A stretch of 64,000 nt of DNA from Eledone cirrhosa (taxonomy: Eukaryota), in assembly GCA_964016885.1 (NCBI GenBank), contig OZ024742.1, positions 357,244,001 through 357,308,000 of the forward strand, written 5' to 3'. Below are positions 12,201-26,500 of the stretch, piece by piece (the stretch's first letter is position 1; each line of letters opens with the position of its first letter). The notes below the pieces were generated by a model. The model was not told where the DNA came from, made no database searches, and saw nothing but the letters and a program-made list of their open reading frames with translations. Made by a program: the position numbers and the translations under genes.

Positions 12201-15200
12201 ATGCTCGGGTGGTGGTTTTGCAGTGTCACTAGAGGGTCGGACAACATGCTAGGGTGGTGGTTTGGCAGTGTCGGTAGTGGGTCGGACACCATTCTAGGGT
12301 GGTGGATTGGCAGTACTGGTAGAGGGTTGGAAACCATGCTAGGGTGGTGGATTGGCAGTATTGGTAGAGGGTCGGACACCATGCTAGGGTGGTAGTTTAG
12401 CAGTGTTGGTAGAGGGTCGGCCACCATGCTAGGGTGGTGGATTGGTAGTATTGTTAGAGAGTAGGACACCATGTTAGGGTGGTGGATTGGTAGTGTCGGT
12501 AGAGAGTAGGACACCATGCTAGGGTGGTGGATTGGCAGTATTGGTAGAGGGTAGGACACCATGCTAGGGTGGTGGATTGGTAGTATTGCTAGAGAGTAGG
12601 ACACCATGCTAGGGTGGTAGATTGGCAGTATTGGTAGAGGGTTGGACACCATGCTAGGGTCGTGGTTTGGCAGTATTGATAGAGGGTCGGACACCATGCT
12701 AGGGTGGTGGCTTGGCAGTATTTGTAGAGGGTAGGACACCATGCTAGGGTGGTGGATTGGTAGTATTGGTAGAGAGTAGGACACCATGTTAGGGTGGTGG
12801 ATTGGTAGTATTGGTAGAGGGTCGGACACCATGCTAGCGTGGTGGATTGGTAGTGTCGGAGGAGGGTAGGACACCATGCTAGGCTGGCGGATTGGCAGTA
12901 TTGGTAGAGAGTAGGACACCATGCTAGGGTGGTGGATTGGTAGTTTTGGTATACAGTAGGACACCATGTTAGGGTGGTGGATTGGTAGTATTGGTAGAGG
13001 GTAGGACACCATGCAAGGGTAGTGGATTGGTAGTATTGGTAGAGAGTAGGACACCATGTTAGGGTGGTGGATTGGCAGTATTGGTAGAGGGTAGGACACC
13101 ATGCTAGGGTGGTGGATTTGTAGTATTGGTAGTAAGTAGGACACCATGCTAAAGTGGTGGATTGGTAGTGTCGGTAGAGGGTAGAACACCATGCTAGGGT
13201 GGTAGATTGGCAGTATTGGTAGAGAGTAGGACACCATGTTAGGGTGGTGGATTTGTAGTATTGGTAGTAAGTAGGACACCATGCTAGGGTGGTGGATTGG
13301 TAGTGTCGGTAGAGGGTAGAACACCATGCTAGGGTGGTAGATTGGCAGTATTGGTAGAGAGTAGGACACCATGCCAGGGTGGTGGATTGGTAGTATTGGT
13401 AGAGGGTAGGACACCATGCTAGGGTGGTGGATTGGTAGTATTGGTTGAGGGTAGGACACCATGCTAGGGTGGTGGATTGGTAGTATTGGTAGAGGGTAGG
13501 ACACCATGCTCGGGTGGTGGTTTGCAGTGTCACTAGAGGGTCGGACAACATGCTAGGGTGGTGGTTTGGCAGTGTCGGTAGAGGGTCGGACACCATTCTA
13601 GGGTGGTGGATTGGCAGTACTGGTAGAGGGTTGGAAACCATGCTAGGGTGGTGGATTGGCAGTATTGGTAGAGGGTCGGACACCATGCTAGGGTGGTGGA
13701 TTGGTAGTATTGTTAGAGAGTAGGACACCATGTTAGGGTGGTGGATTGGTAGTGTCGGTAGAGAGTAGGACACCATGCTAGGGTGGTGGATTGGCAGTAT
13801 TGGTAGAGGGTAGGACACCATGCTAGGGTGGTGGATTGGTAGTATTGCTAGAGAGTAGGACACCATGCTAGGGTGGTAGATTGGCAGTATTGGTAGAGGG
13901 TTGGACACCATGCTAGGGTCGTGGTTTGGCAGTATTAATAGAGGGTAGGACACCATGCTAGGGTGGTGGCTTGGCAGTATTGGTAGAGGGTAGGACACCA
14001 TGCTAGGGTGGTGGATTGGTAGTGTCGTTAGAGGGTAGGACACCATGCTAGGCTGGTGGATTGGCAGTATTGGTAGAGAGTAGGACACCATGCTAGGGTG
14101 GTGGATTGGTAGTTTTGGTAGACAGTAGGACACCATGTTAGGGTGGTGGATTGTTAGTATTGGTAAAGGGTAGGACACCATGCTAGGGTGGTGGATTGGT
14201 AGTATTGGTAGAGGGTAGGACACCATGCTAGTGTGGTGGATTGGTAGTATTGGTAGAGGGTAGGACACCATGCTAGGGTGGTGGATTGGCAGGATTGGTA
14301 GAGAGTAGGACACCATGCTAGGGTGCTGGATTGGTAGTATTGGTAGAGGGTAGGACACCATGCTAGGGTGGTGGATTGGCAGTATTGGTAGAGAGTAGGA
14401 CACCATGCTAGGGTGGTGGATTGGTAGTATTGGTAGAGGGTAGGACACCTTGCTAGGGTGGTGTATTGGTAGTATTGGTAGAGGGTAGGACACCATGCTA
14501 GGGTGGTGGATTGGTAGTATTGGTAGAGGGTCGGCCAACATGCTAGGGTGGTGGATTGGTAGTATTGGTAGAGGGTAGGACACCATGCTAGGGTGGTGGA
14601 TTGGTAGTATTGGTAGAGAGTAGGACACCATGTTAGGGTGGTGGATTGGTAGTATTGGTAGAGGGTCGGACACCATGCTAGCGTGGTGGATTGGTAGTGT
14701 CGGAGGAGGGTAGGACACCATGCTAGGCTGGTGGATTGGCAGTATTGGTAGAGAATAGGACACCATGCTAGGGTGGTGGATTGGTAGTTTTGGTATACAG
14801 TAGGACACCATGTTAGGGTGGTGGATTGGTAGTATTGGTAGAGGATAGGACACCATGCAAGGGTGGTGGATTGGTAGTATTGGTAGAGAGTAGGACACCA
14901 TGTTAGGGTGGTGGATTGGCAGTATTGGTAGAGGGTAGGACACCATGCTAGGGTGGTGGATTGGTAGTATTGGTAGAGAGTAGGACACCATGTTAGGGTG
15001 GTGGATTTGTAGTATTGGTAGTAAGTAGGACACCATGCTAAAGTGGTGGATTGGTAGTGTCGGTAGAGGGTAGAACACCATGCTAGGGTGGTTGATTGGC
15101 TGTATTGGTAGAGGGTAGGACACCATGCTAGGGTGGTGGATTGGTAGTATTGGTAGAGAGTAGGACACCATGTTAGGGTGGTGGATTTGTAGTATTGGTA

Positions 15201-18200
15201 GTGAGTAGGACAGCATGCTAAAGTGGTGGATTGGTAGTGTCGGTAGAGGGTAGAACACCATGCTAGGGTGGTAGATTGGCAGTATTGGTAGAGAGTAGGA
15301 CACCATGCCAGGGTGGTGGATTGGTACTATTGGTAGAGGGTAGGACACCATGCTAGGGTGGTGGATTGGTAGTATTGGTAGAGGGTAGGACACCATGCTA
15401 GGGTGGTGGATTGGTAGTATTGGTAGAGGGTCGGACAACATGCTAGGGTGGTGGTTTGGCAGTGTCGGTAGAGGGTCGGACACCATTCTAGGGTGGTGGA
15501 TTGGCAGTACTGGTAGAGGGTTGGAAACCATGCTAGGGTGGTGGATTGGCAGCATTGGTAGAGGGTCGGACACCATGCTAGGGTGGTAGTTTAGCAGTGT
15601 TGGTAGAGGGCCGGCCACCATGCTAGGGTGGTGGATTGGTAGTATTGTTAGAGAGTAGGACACCATGTTAGGGTGGTGGATTGGTAGTATTGGTAGAGAG
15701 TAGGACACCATGCTAGGGTGGTGGATTGGTAGTATTGGTAGAGGGTAGGAAACCTTGCTAGGGTGGTGGATTGGTAGTATTGGTAGAGGGTAGGACACCA
15801 TGCTAGTGTGGTGGATTGGTAGTATTGGTAGAGGGTAGGACACCATGCTAGGGTGGTGGATTGGCAGTATTGGTAGAGAGTAGGACACCATGCTAGGGTG
15901 CTGGATTGGTAGTATTGGTAGAGGGTAGGACACCATGCTAGGGTGGTGGATTGGCAGTATTGGTAGAGAGTAGGACACCATGCCAGGGTCATGGTTTGGC
16001 AGTATTGGTAGAGGGTCGGACACCATGCTAGGGTGGTGGCTTGGCAGTATCGCTAGAGGGTCGGACGCCATGCTAGGGGGGTTGTTTGGTAGTATTGGTA
16101 GAGGGTATGACACCATGCTAGGGTGGTGGATTGGTAGTATTGGTAGAGGGTAGGACACCATGCTAGGGTGGTGGATTGGTAGTATTGGTAGAGAGTAGGA
16201 CACCATGTTAGGGTGGTGGATTGGTAGTATTGGTAGAGGGTCGGACACCATGTTAGGGTGGTGGATTTGTAGTATTGGTAGTAAGTAGGACACCATGCTA
16301 AAGTGGTGGATTGGTAGTGTCGGTAGAGGGTAGAACACCATGCTAGGGTGGTAGATTGGCAGTATTGGTAGAGAGTAGGACACCATGCCAGGGTGGTGGA
16401 TTGGTACTATTGGTAGAGGGTAGGACACCATGCTAGGGTGGTGGATTGGTAGTATTGGTAGAGGGTAGGACACCATGCTAGGGTGGTGGATTGGTAGTAT
16501 TGGTAGAGGGTCGGACAACATGCTAGGGTGGTGGATTGGCAGTACTGGTAGAGGGTTGGCAACCATGCTAGGGTGGTGGATTGGCAGCATTGGTAGAGGG
16601 TCGGACACCATGCTAGGGTGGTAGTTTAGCAGTGTTGGTAGAGGGTCGGCCACCATGTTAGGGTGGTGGATTGGTAGTATTGGTAGAGGGTCGGACACCA
16701 TGCTAGGGTGGTGGATTGGTAGTATTGGTAGAGGGTCGGACACCATGCTAGCGTGGTGGATTGGTAGTGTCGGAGGAGGGTAGGACACCATGCTAGGCTG
16801 GCGGATTGGCAGTATTGGTAGAGAGTAGGACACCATGCTAGGTGGTGGATTGGTAGTTTTGGTATACAGTAGGACACCATGTTAGGGTGGTGGATTGGTA
16901 GTATTGGTAGAGGGTAGGACACCATGCTAGGGTGGTGGATTGGTAGTTTTGGTATACAGTAGGACACCATGTTAGGGTGGTGGATTGGTAGTATTGGTAG
17001 AGGGTAGGACACCATGCAAGTGTAGTGGATTGGTAGTATTGGTAGAGAGTAGGACACCATGTTAGGGTGGTGGATTGGCAGTATTGGTAGAGGGTAGGAC
17101 ACCATGCTAGGGTGGTGGATTGGTAGTATTGGTAGAGAGTAGGACACCATGTTAGGGTGGTGGATTTGTAGTATTGGTAGTAAGTAGGACACCATGCTAA
17201 AGTGGTGGATTGGTAGTGTCGGTAGAGGGTAGAACACCATGCTAGGGTGGTAGATTGGCAGTATTGGTAGAGAGTAGGACACCATGCCAGGGTGGTGGAT
17301 TGGTAGTATTGGTAGAGGGTAGGACACCATGCTAGGGTGGTGGATTGGTAGTATTGGTTGAGGGTAGGACACCATGCTAGGGTGGTGGATTGGTAGTATT
17401 GGTAGAGGGTAGGACACCATGCTAGGGTGGTGGATTGGCAGTACTGGTAGAGGGTTGGAAACCATGCTAGGGTGGTGGATTGGCAGTATTGGTAGAGGGT
17501 CGGACACCATGCTAGGGTGGTAGTTTAGCAGTGTTGGTAGAGGGTAGAACACCATGCTAGTGTGGTAGATTGGCAGTATTGGTAGAGAGTAGGACACCAT
17601 GCTAGGGTGGTGGATTGGTAGTGTCGTTAGAGGGTAGGATACCATGCTAGGGTGGTGGATTGGCAGTATTGGTAGAGAGTAGCACACCATTCTAGGGTGG
17701 TGGATTGGCAGTATTGGTAGAGGTTAGGACCCCATGCCACGGTGGTGGATTGGCAGTATTGGTAGAGAGTAGGACACCATGCTAGGGTGGTGGATTGGCA
17801 GTATTGGTAGAGAGTAGGACACCATGCTAGGGTGGTGGATTGGTAGTATTGGTAGAGGGTAGGACAACTTGCTAGGGTGGTGGATTGGTAGTATTGGTAG
17901 AGATTAGGACACCATGCTAGGGTGGTGGATTGGCAGTATTGGTAGAGAGTAGGACACCATGCTAGGGTGCTGGATTGGTAGTATTGGTAGAGGGTAGGAC
18001 ACCATGCTAGGGTGGTGGATTGGCAGTATTGGTAGAGAGTAGGACACCATGCTAGGGTGGTGGATTGGTAGTATTGGTAGAGGGTAGGACACCATGCTAG
18101 GGTGGTGGATTGGTAGTATTGGTAGAGAGTAGGACACCATGCTAGGGTGGTGGATTGGTAGTATTGGTAGAGGGTAGGACACCTTGCTAGGGTGGTGTAT

Positions 18201-20509
18201 TGGTAGTATTGGTAGAGGGTAGGACACCATGCTAGTGTGGTGGATTGGTAGTATTGGTAGAGGGTCGGCCAACATGCTAGGGTGGTGGATTGGTAGTATT
18301 GGTAGAGGGTAGGACACCATGCTAGGGTGGTGGATTGGCAGTATTGGTAGAGAGTAGGACACCATGCTAGGGTGCTGGATTGGTAGTATTGGTAGAGGGT
18401 AGGACACCATGCTAGGGTGGTGGATTGGCAGTATTGGTAGAGAGTAGGACACCATGCTAGGGTGGTGGATTGGTAGTATTGGTAGAGGGTAGGACACCTT
18501 GCTAGGGTGGTGTATTGGTATATTGGTAGAGGGTAGGACACCATGCTAGGGTGGTGGATTGGTAGTATTGGTAGAGGGTCGGCCAATATGCTAGGGTGGT
18601 GGATTGGTAGTATTGGTAGAGGGTAGGACACCATGCTAGGGTGGTGGATTGGTAGTATTGGTAGAGAGTAGGACACCATGTTAGGGTGGTGGATTGGTAG
18701 TATTGGTAGAGGGTAGGACACCATGCTAGGGTGGTGGATTGGTAGTGTCGGAGGAGGGTAGGACACCATGCTAGGCTGGTGGATTGGCAGTATTGGTAGA
18801 GAGTAGGACACCATGTTAGGGTGGTGGATTGGTAGTATTGGTAGAGGGTCGGACACCATGCTAGCGTGGTGGATTGGTAGTGTCGGAGGAGGGTAGGACA
18901 CCATGCTAGGGTGGTGGATTGGTAGTTTTGGTATACAGTAGGACACCATGTTAGGGTGGTGGATTGGTAGTATTGGTAGAGGATAGGACACCATGCAAGG
19001 GTGGTGGATTGGTAGTATTGGTAGAGAGTAGGACACCATGTTAGGGTGGTGGATTGGCAGTATTGGTAGAGGGTAGGACACCATGCTAGGGTGGTGGATT
19101 GGTAGTATTGGTAGAGAGTAGGACACCATGTTAGGGTGGTGGATTTGTAGTATTGGTAGTAAGTAGGACACCATGCTAAAGTGGTGGATTGGTAGTGTCG
19201 GTAGAGGGTAGAACACCATGCTAGGGTGGTAGATTGGCAGTATTGGTAGAGAGTAGGACACCATGCCAGGGTGGTGGATTGGTAGTATTGGTAGAGGGTA
19301 GGACACCATGCTAGGGTGGTGGATTGGCAGTACTGGTAGAGGGTTGGAAACCATGCTAGGGTGGTGGATTGGCAGCATTGGTAGAGGGTCGGACACCATG
19401 CTAGCGTGGTGGATTGGTAGTATTGTTAGAGAGTAGGACACCATGTTAGGGTGGTGGATTGGTAGTGTCGGTAGAGAGTAGGACACCATGCTAGGGTGGT
19501 GGATTGGCAGTATTGGTAGAGGGTAGGACACCATGCTAGGGTGGTGGATTGGTAGTATTGCTAGAGAGTAGGACACCTTGCTAGGGTGGTGGATTGGTAG
19601 TATTGTTAGAGGGTATGACACCATGCTAGGGTGGTGGATTGGTAGTATTGGTAGACGGTAGGACACCATGCTAGGGTGGTGGATTGGTAGTGTCGGTAGA
19701 GGGTAGAACACCATGCTAGGGTGGTGGATTTGTAGTATTGGTAGAGAGTAGGACACCATGCTAGGGTGGTGGATTGGTAGTATTGGTAGAGGGTAGGAAA
19801 CCTTGCTAGGGTGGTGGATTGGTAGTATTGTTAGAGGGTAGGAAACCTTTCTAGGGTGGTGGATTGGTAGTATTGTTAGAGGGTAGGACACCATGCTAGG
19901 GTGGTGGATTGGCAGTATTGGTAGAGAGTAGCCCACCATTCTAGGGTGGTGGATTGGCAGTATTGGTAGAGGTTAGGACACCATGCTAGGGTGCTGGATT
20001 GGTAGTATTGGTAGAGGGTAGGAAACCTTGCTAGGGTGGTGGATTGGTAGTATTGTTAGAGGGTAGGAAACCTTTCTAGGGTGGTGGATTGGTAGTATTG
20101 TTAGAGGGTAGGACACCATGCTAGGGTGGTGGATTGGTAGTATTGGTAGAGGGTAGGACACCATGCTAGGGTGGTGGATTGGCAGTATTGGTAGAGAGTA
20201 GGACACCATGCTAGGGTGCTGGATTGGTAGTATTGGTAGAGGGTAGGACACCATGTTAGGGTGGTGGATTGGCAGGATTGGTAGAGGGTAGGAATCCATG
20301 CTAGGGTGGTGGATTGGTAGTATTGGTAGAGAGTAGGACACCATGCTAGATTGGTGGATTGGTAGTATTGGTAGAGAGTAGGACACCATGTTAGGGTGGT
20401 GGATTGGTAGTATTGGTAGAGGGTCGGACACCATGCTAGGGTGGTGGATTGGTAGTGTCGGTAGAGGGTAGGACACCATGCTAGGGTGGTGGATTGGCAG
20501 TATTCGTAG

Positions 20510-23500
20510 AGAGTAGGACACCATGCTAGTGTGGTGGATTGGTAGTATTGGTAGAGAGTAGGACACCATGCTAGGGTGGTGAATTGGTAGTATTGGTAGA
20601 GGGTAGGACACTTTGCTAGGGTGGTGGATTGGTAGTATTGGTAGAGGGCAGGACACCATGCTAGGGTGGTGGATTGGTAGTATTGGTAGAGGGTCGGCCA
20701 ACATGCTAGGGTGGTGGATTTGTAGTATTGGTAGAGGGTAGGACACCATGTTTGGGTGCTGGAATGGCAGTATTGGTAGAGGGTCTGTCACCAAGTTAGT
20801 GTGGTGGATTGTCGGTATTGGTAGATGGTAGGCCACCATGCTAGGGTGGTGGATTGGTAGTATTGGTAGAGGGTATGACACCATGCTAGGGTGGTGGATT
20901 GGTAGTATTGGTAGACGGTAGGACACCATGCTAGGGTGGTGGATTGGTAGTATTGGTAGAGGGTCGGACACCATGCTAGGGTGGTGGATTGGTAGTGTCG
21001 GTAGAGGGTAGGACACCATGCTAGGGTGGTGGATTGGCAGTTTTGGTAGAGAGTAGGACACCATGCTAGGGTGGTGGATTGGTAGTATTGGTAGAGGGTA
21101 GGACACCATGCTAGGGTGGTGGATTGGTAGTATTGGTAGAGAGTAGGATACCATGCTAGGGTGGTGGATTGGTAGTGTCGGTAGAGCGTAGAACACCATG
21201 CTAGGGTGGTAGATTGGCATTATTGGTAGAGAGTAGGATACCATGCTAGCGTGGTGGATTGGTAGTGTCGGTAGAGAGTAGGACTCCATGCTAGGGTGGT
21301 GGATTGGCAGTATTGGTAGAGGGTCTGACACCATGCTAGGGTGGTGGTTTGGTAGTATTGGTAGAGGGTCGGACACCATGCTAGCGTGGTGTCTTGGCAG
21401 TGGCGGTAGAGGGTCGGACACCATGCTAGGGTGGTGGTTTGGTAGTATTGGTAGAGGGTATGACGCCATGCTAGGGTGGTGGATTGGTAGTATTGGTAGA
21501 GGGTAGGACACCATGTTAGGGTGGTGGATTGGTAGTATTGGTAGAGGGTCGGACACCATGCTAGGGTGGTGGATTGGTAGTGTCGGTAGAGGGTAGAACA
21601 CCATGCTAGGGTGGTAGATTGGGCAGTATTGCTAGAGAGTAGGACACCATGCTAGCGTGGTGGATTGGTAGTGTCGGTAGAGAGTAGGACACCATGCTAG
21701 CATGGTGGATTGGCAGTATTGGTAGAGAGTAGCACACCATGCTAGGGTGGTGGATTGGTAGTATTGGTAGAGGGTAGGACACCATGCTAGGGTGGTGGAT
21801 TGGCAGTGCCGGTAGAGGGTAGGACACCATGCTAGGTTGGCGGATTGGCAGTATTGGTAGAGGGTAGGACACCATGCTAGCGTGGTGGATTGGTAGTGTC
21901 GGTAGAGGGTCGGCCACCATGCTAGGGTTGTGGATTGGTAATATTGGTAGAGGGTAGGACACCATGCTAGGGTGGTGGATTGGTAGTATTGGTAGAGGGT
22001 CGGTGACCATGTTAGGGTGGTGGATTGGCAGGATTGGTAGAGGGTAGGAATCCATGCTAGGGTGGTGGATTGGTAGTATTGGTAGAGGGTAGGACACCAT
22101 GCTAGATTGGTGGATTGGTAGTATTGGTAGAGAGTAGGACACCATGTTAGGGTGGTGGATTGGTAGTATTGGTAGAGGGTCGGACACCATGCTAGGGTGG
22201 TGGTTTGGTAGTGTCGGTATCGGGTAGGACACCATGCTAGGGTGGTGGATTGGCAGTATTCGTAGAGAGTAGGACACCATGCTAGTGTGGTGGATTGGTA
22301 GTATTGGTAGAGAGTAGGACACCATGCTAGTGTGGTGGATTGGTAGTATTGGTAGAGAGTAGGACACCATGCTAGGGTGGTGGATTGGTAGTATTGGTAT
22401 TGGGTAGGACACCATGCTAGGGTGGTGGATTGGTAGTATTGGTAGAGGGTCGGGCACCATGCTAGGGTGGTGGATTGGTAGTATTGGTAGAGGGTAGGAC
22501 ACCATCCTAGGGTGGTGGATTGGCAGTTTTGGTAGAGGGTTGGACACCATGCTAGGGTGGTGGATTGGTAGTATTGGTAGAGGGTAGGACACCATGCTAG
22601 GGTGGTGGATTGGTAGTATTGGTAGAGGGTAGGACACCATGCTAGGGTGGTGGATTGGTAGTGTTGGTAGAGGGTAGTACACCATGCTAGGGTGGTGGAT
22701 TGGTAGTATTGGTAGAGGGGCGGACACCATGCTAGGGTGGTGGATTGGTAGTATTGGTAGAGGGTAGGACACCATGCTAGGGTGGTGGATTGGTAGTATT
22801 GGTAGAGGGTATGGCACCATGCTAGGGTGGTGGATTGGTAGTATTGGTTGAGGGTCGGCCACCATGTTAGGGTGATGGATTGGCAGTATTGGTAGAGGGT
22901 AGGACACCATGCTAGGGTGGTGGATTGGTAGTATTGGTAGAGGGTAGGACACCATGTTAGGGTGGTGGATTGGCAGTATTGGTAGAGGGTAGGACACCAT
23001 GCGAGGGTGGTGGATTGCTAGTATTGGTAGAGGGTCGGCCACCATGTTTGGGTCGTGGAATGGCAGTATTGGTAGAGGGTAGGACACCATGCTAGGGTGG
23101 TGGATTGGTAGTATTGGTAGAGTGTCGGCCACCATGTTTGGGTGGTGGTATGGCAGTATTGGTAGAGGGTAGGACACCATACTAGGGTGGGGGATTGGTA
23201 GTGTCGGTAGAGAGTAGGACACCATGCTAGGGTGGTGGATTGGCAGTATTGGTAGAGAGTAGGACACCATGCTAGGGTGGTGGATTGGTAGTATTGGTAG
23301 AGAGTAGGACACCATGTTAGGGTGGTGGATTGGTAGTATTCGTAGAGAGTAGGACACCATGTTAGGGTGGTGGATTGGTAGTAATGGAAGAGGGTAGGAC
23401 ACCATGCTAGGTTGGTGGATTGGCAGTATTAGTAGAGAGTAGGACACCATGCTAGGGTGGTGGATTGGCAGTATTGGTAGAGGGTCGGACACCATGCTAG

Positions 23501-26500
23501 GGTGGTGGATTGGTAGTATTGGTAGAGAGTAGGACACCATGCTAGGGTGGTGGATTGGCAGTATTGGTAGAGAGTAGGACACCATGCTAGGGTGGTGGAT
23601 TGGCAGTATTGGTAGAGGGTCGGACACCGTGCTAGGGTGGTGGATTGGCAGTATTGGTAGAGAGTAGGACACCATGCTAGGGTGGTGGATTGGCAGTATT
23701 CTTAGAGAGTAGGACACCATGCTAGGGTGGTGGATTGGCAGTATTGGTAGAGAGTAGGACACCATGCTAGGGTGGTGGATTGGTAGTATTGGTAGAGGGT
23801 AGGACACCATGCTAGGGTGGTGGATTGGTAGTATTGGTAGAGGGTAGGACACCATGCTAGGGTGGTGGATTGGCAGTGCCGGTAGAGGGTAGGACACCAT
23901 GCTAGGTTGGCGGATTGGTAGTATTGGTAGAGGGTAGGACACCATGCTAGCGTGGTGGATTGGTAGTGTCGGTAGAGGGTCGGCCACCATGCTAGGGTTG
24001 TGGATTGGTAATATTGGTAGAGGGTAGGACACCATGCTAGGGTGGTGGATTGGTAGTATTGGTAGAGGGTCGGTGACCATGTTAGGGTGGTGGATTGGCA
24101 GGATTGGTAGAGGGTAGGAATCCATGCTAGGGTGGTGGATTGGTAGTATTGGTAGAGGGTAGGACACCATGCTAGATTGGTGGATTGGTAGTATTGGTAG
24201 AGAGTAGGACACCATGTTAGGGTGGTGGATTGGTAGTATTGGTAGAGGGTCGGACACCATGCTAGGGTGGTGGTTTGGTAGTGTCGGTATCGGGTAGGAC
24301 ACCATGCTAGGGTGGTGGATTGGCAGTATTCGTAGAGAGTAGGACACCATGCTAGTGTGGTGGATTGGTAGTATTGGTAGAGAGTAGGACACCATGCTAG
24401 TGTGGTGGATTGGTAGTATTGGTAGAGAGTAGGACACCATGCTAGTGTGGTGGATTGGTAGTATTGGTAGAGAGTAGGACACCATGCTAGGGTGGTGAAT
24501 TGGTAGTATTGGTAGAGGGTAGGACACTTTGCTAGGGTGGTGGATTGGTAGTATTGGTAGAGGGCAGGACACCATGCTAGGGTGGTGGATTGGTAGTATT
24601 GGTAGAGGGTCGGCCAACATGCTAGGGTGGTGGATTTGTAGTATTGGTAGAGGGTAGGACACCATGTTTGGGTGCTGGAATGGCAGTATTGGTAGAGGGT
24701 CTGTCACCAAGTTAGTGTGGTGGATTGTCGGTATTGGTAGATGGTAGGCCACCATGCTAGGGTGGTGGATTGGTAGTATTGGTAGAGGGTATGACACCAT
24801 GCTAGGGTGGTGGATTGGTAGTATTGGTAGACGGTAGGACACCATGCTAGGGTGGTGGATTGGTAGTATTGGTAGAGGGTCGGACACCATGCTAGGGTGG
24901 TGGATTGGTAGTGTCGGTAGAGGGTAGGACACCATGCTAGGGTGGTGGATTGGCAGTTTTGGTAGAGAGTAGGACACCATGCTAGGGTGGTGGATTGGTA
25001 GTATTGGTAGAGGGTAGGACACCATGCTAGGGTGGTGGATTGGTAGTATTGGTAGAGAGTAGGATACCATGCTAGGGTGGTGGATTGGTAGTGTCGGTAG
25101 AGCGTAGAACACCATGCTAGGGTGGTAGATTGGCATTATTGGTAGAGAGTAGGATACCATGCTAGCGTGGTGGATTGGTAGTGTCGGTAGAGAGTAGGAC
25201 TCCATGCTAGGGTGGTGGATTGGCAGTATTGGTAGAGGGTCTGACACCATGCTAGGGTGGTGGTTTGGTAGTATTGGTAGAGGGTCGGACACCATGCTAG
25301 CGTGGTGTCTTGGCAGTGGCGGTAGAGGGTCGGACACCATGCTAGGGTGGTGGTTTGGTAGTATTGGTAGAGGGTATGACGCCATGCTAGGGTGGTGGAT
25401 TGGTAGTATTGGTAGAGGGTAGGACACCATGTTAGGGTGGTGGATTGGTAGTATTGGTAGAGGGTAGAACACCATGCTAGGGTGGTGGATTGGTAGTGTC
25501 GGTAGAGGGTAGAACACCATGCTAGGGTGGTAGATTGGGCAGTATTGCTAGAGAGTAGGACACCATGCTAGCGTGGTGGATTGGTAGTGTCGGTAGAGAG
25601 TAGGACACCATGCTAGCATGGTGGATTGGCAGTATTGGTAGAGAGTAGCACACCATGCTAGGGTGGTGGATTGGTAGTATTGGTAGAGGGTAGGACACCA
25701 TGCTAGGGTGGTGGATTGGCAGTGCCGGTAGAGGGTAGGACACCATGCTAGGTTGGCGGATTGGCAGTATTGGTAGAGGGTAGGACACCATGCTAGCGTG
25801 GTGGATTGGTAGTGTCGGTAGAGGGTCGGCCACCATGCTAGGGTTGTGGATTGGTAATATTGGTAGAGGGTAGGACACCATGCTAGGGTGGTGGATTGGT
25901 AGTATTGGTAGAGGGTCGGTGACCATGTTAGGGTGGTGGATTGGCAGGATTGGTAGAGGGTAGGAATCCATGCTAGGGTGGTGGATTGGTAGTATTGGTA
26001 GAGGTTAGGACACCATGCTAGATTGGTGGATTGGTAGTATTGGTAGAGAGTAGGACACCATGTTAGGGTGGTGGATTGGTAGTATTGGTAGAGGGTCGGA
26101 CACCATGCTAGGGTGGTGGTTTGGTAGTGTCGGTATCGGGTAGGACACCATGCTAGGGTGGTGGATTGGCAGTATTCGTAGAGAGTAGGACACCATGCTA
26201 GTGTGGTGGATTGGTAGTATTGGTAGAGAGTAGGACACCATGCTAGTGTGGTGGATTGGTAGTATTGGTAGAGAGTAGGACACCATGCTAGGGTGGTGGA
26301 TTGGTAGTATTGGTATTGGGTAGGACACCATGCTAGGGTGGTGGATTGGTAGTATTGGTAGAGGGTCGGGCACCATGCTAGGGTGGTGGATTGGTAGTAT
26401 TGGTAGAGGGTAGGACACCATCCTAGGGTGGTGGATTGGCAGTTTTGGTAGAGGGTTGGACACCATGCTAGGGTGGTGGATTGGTAGTATTGGTAGAGGG

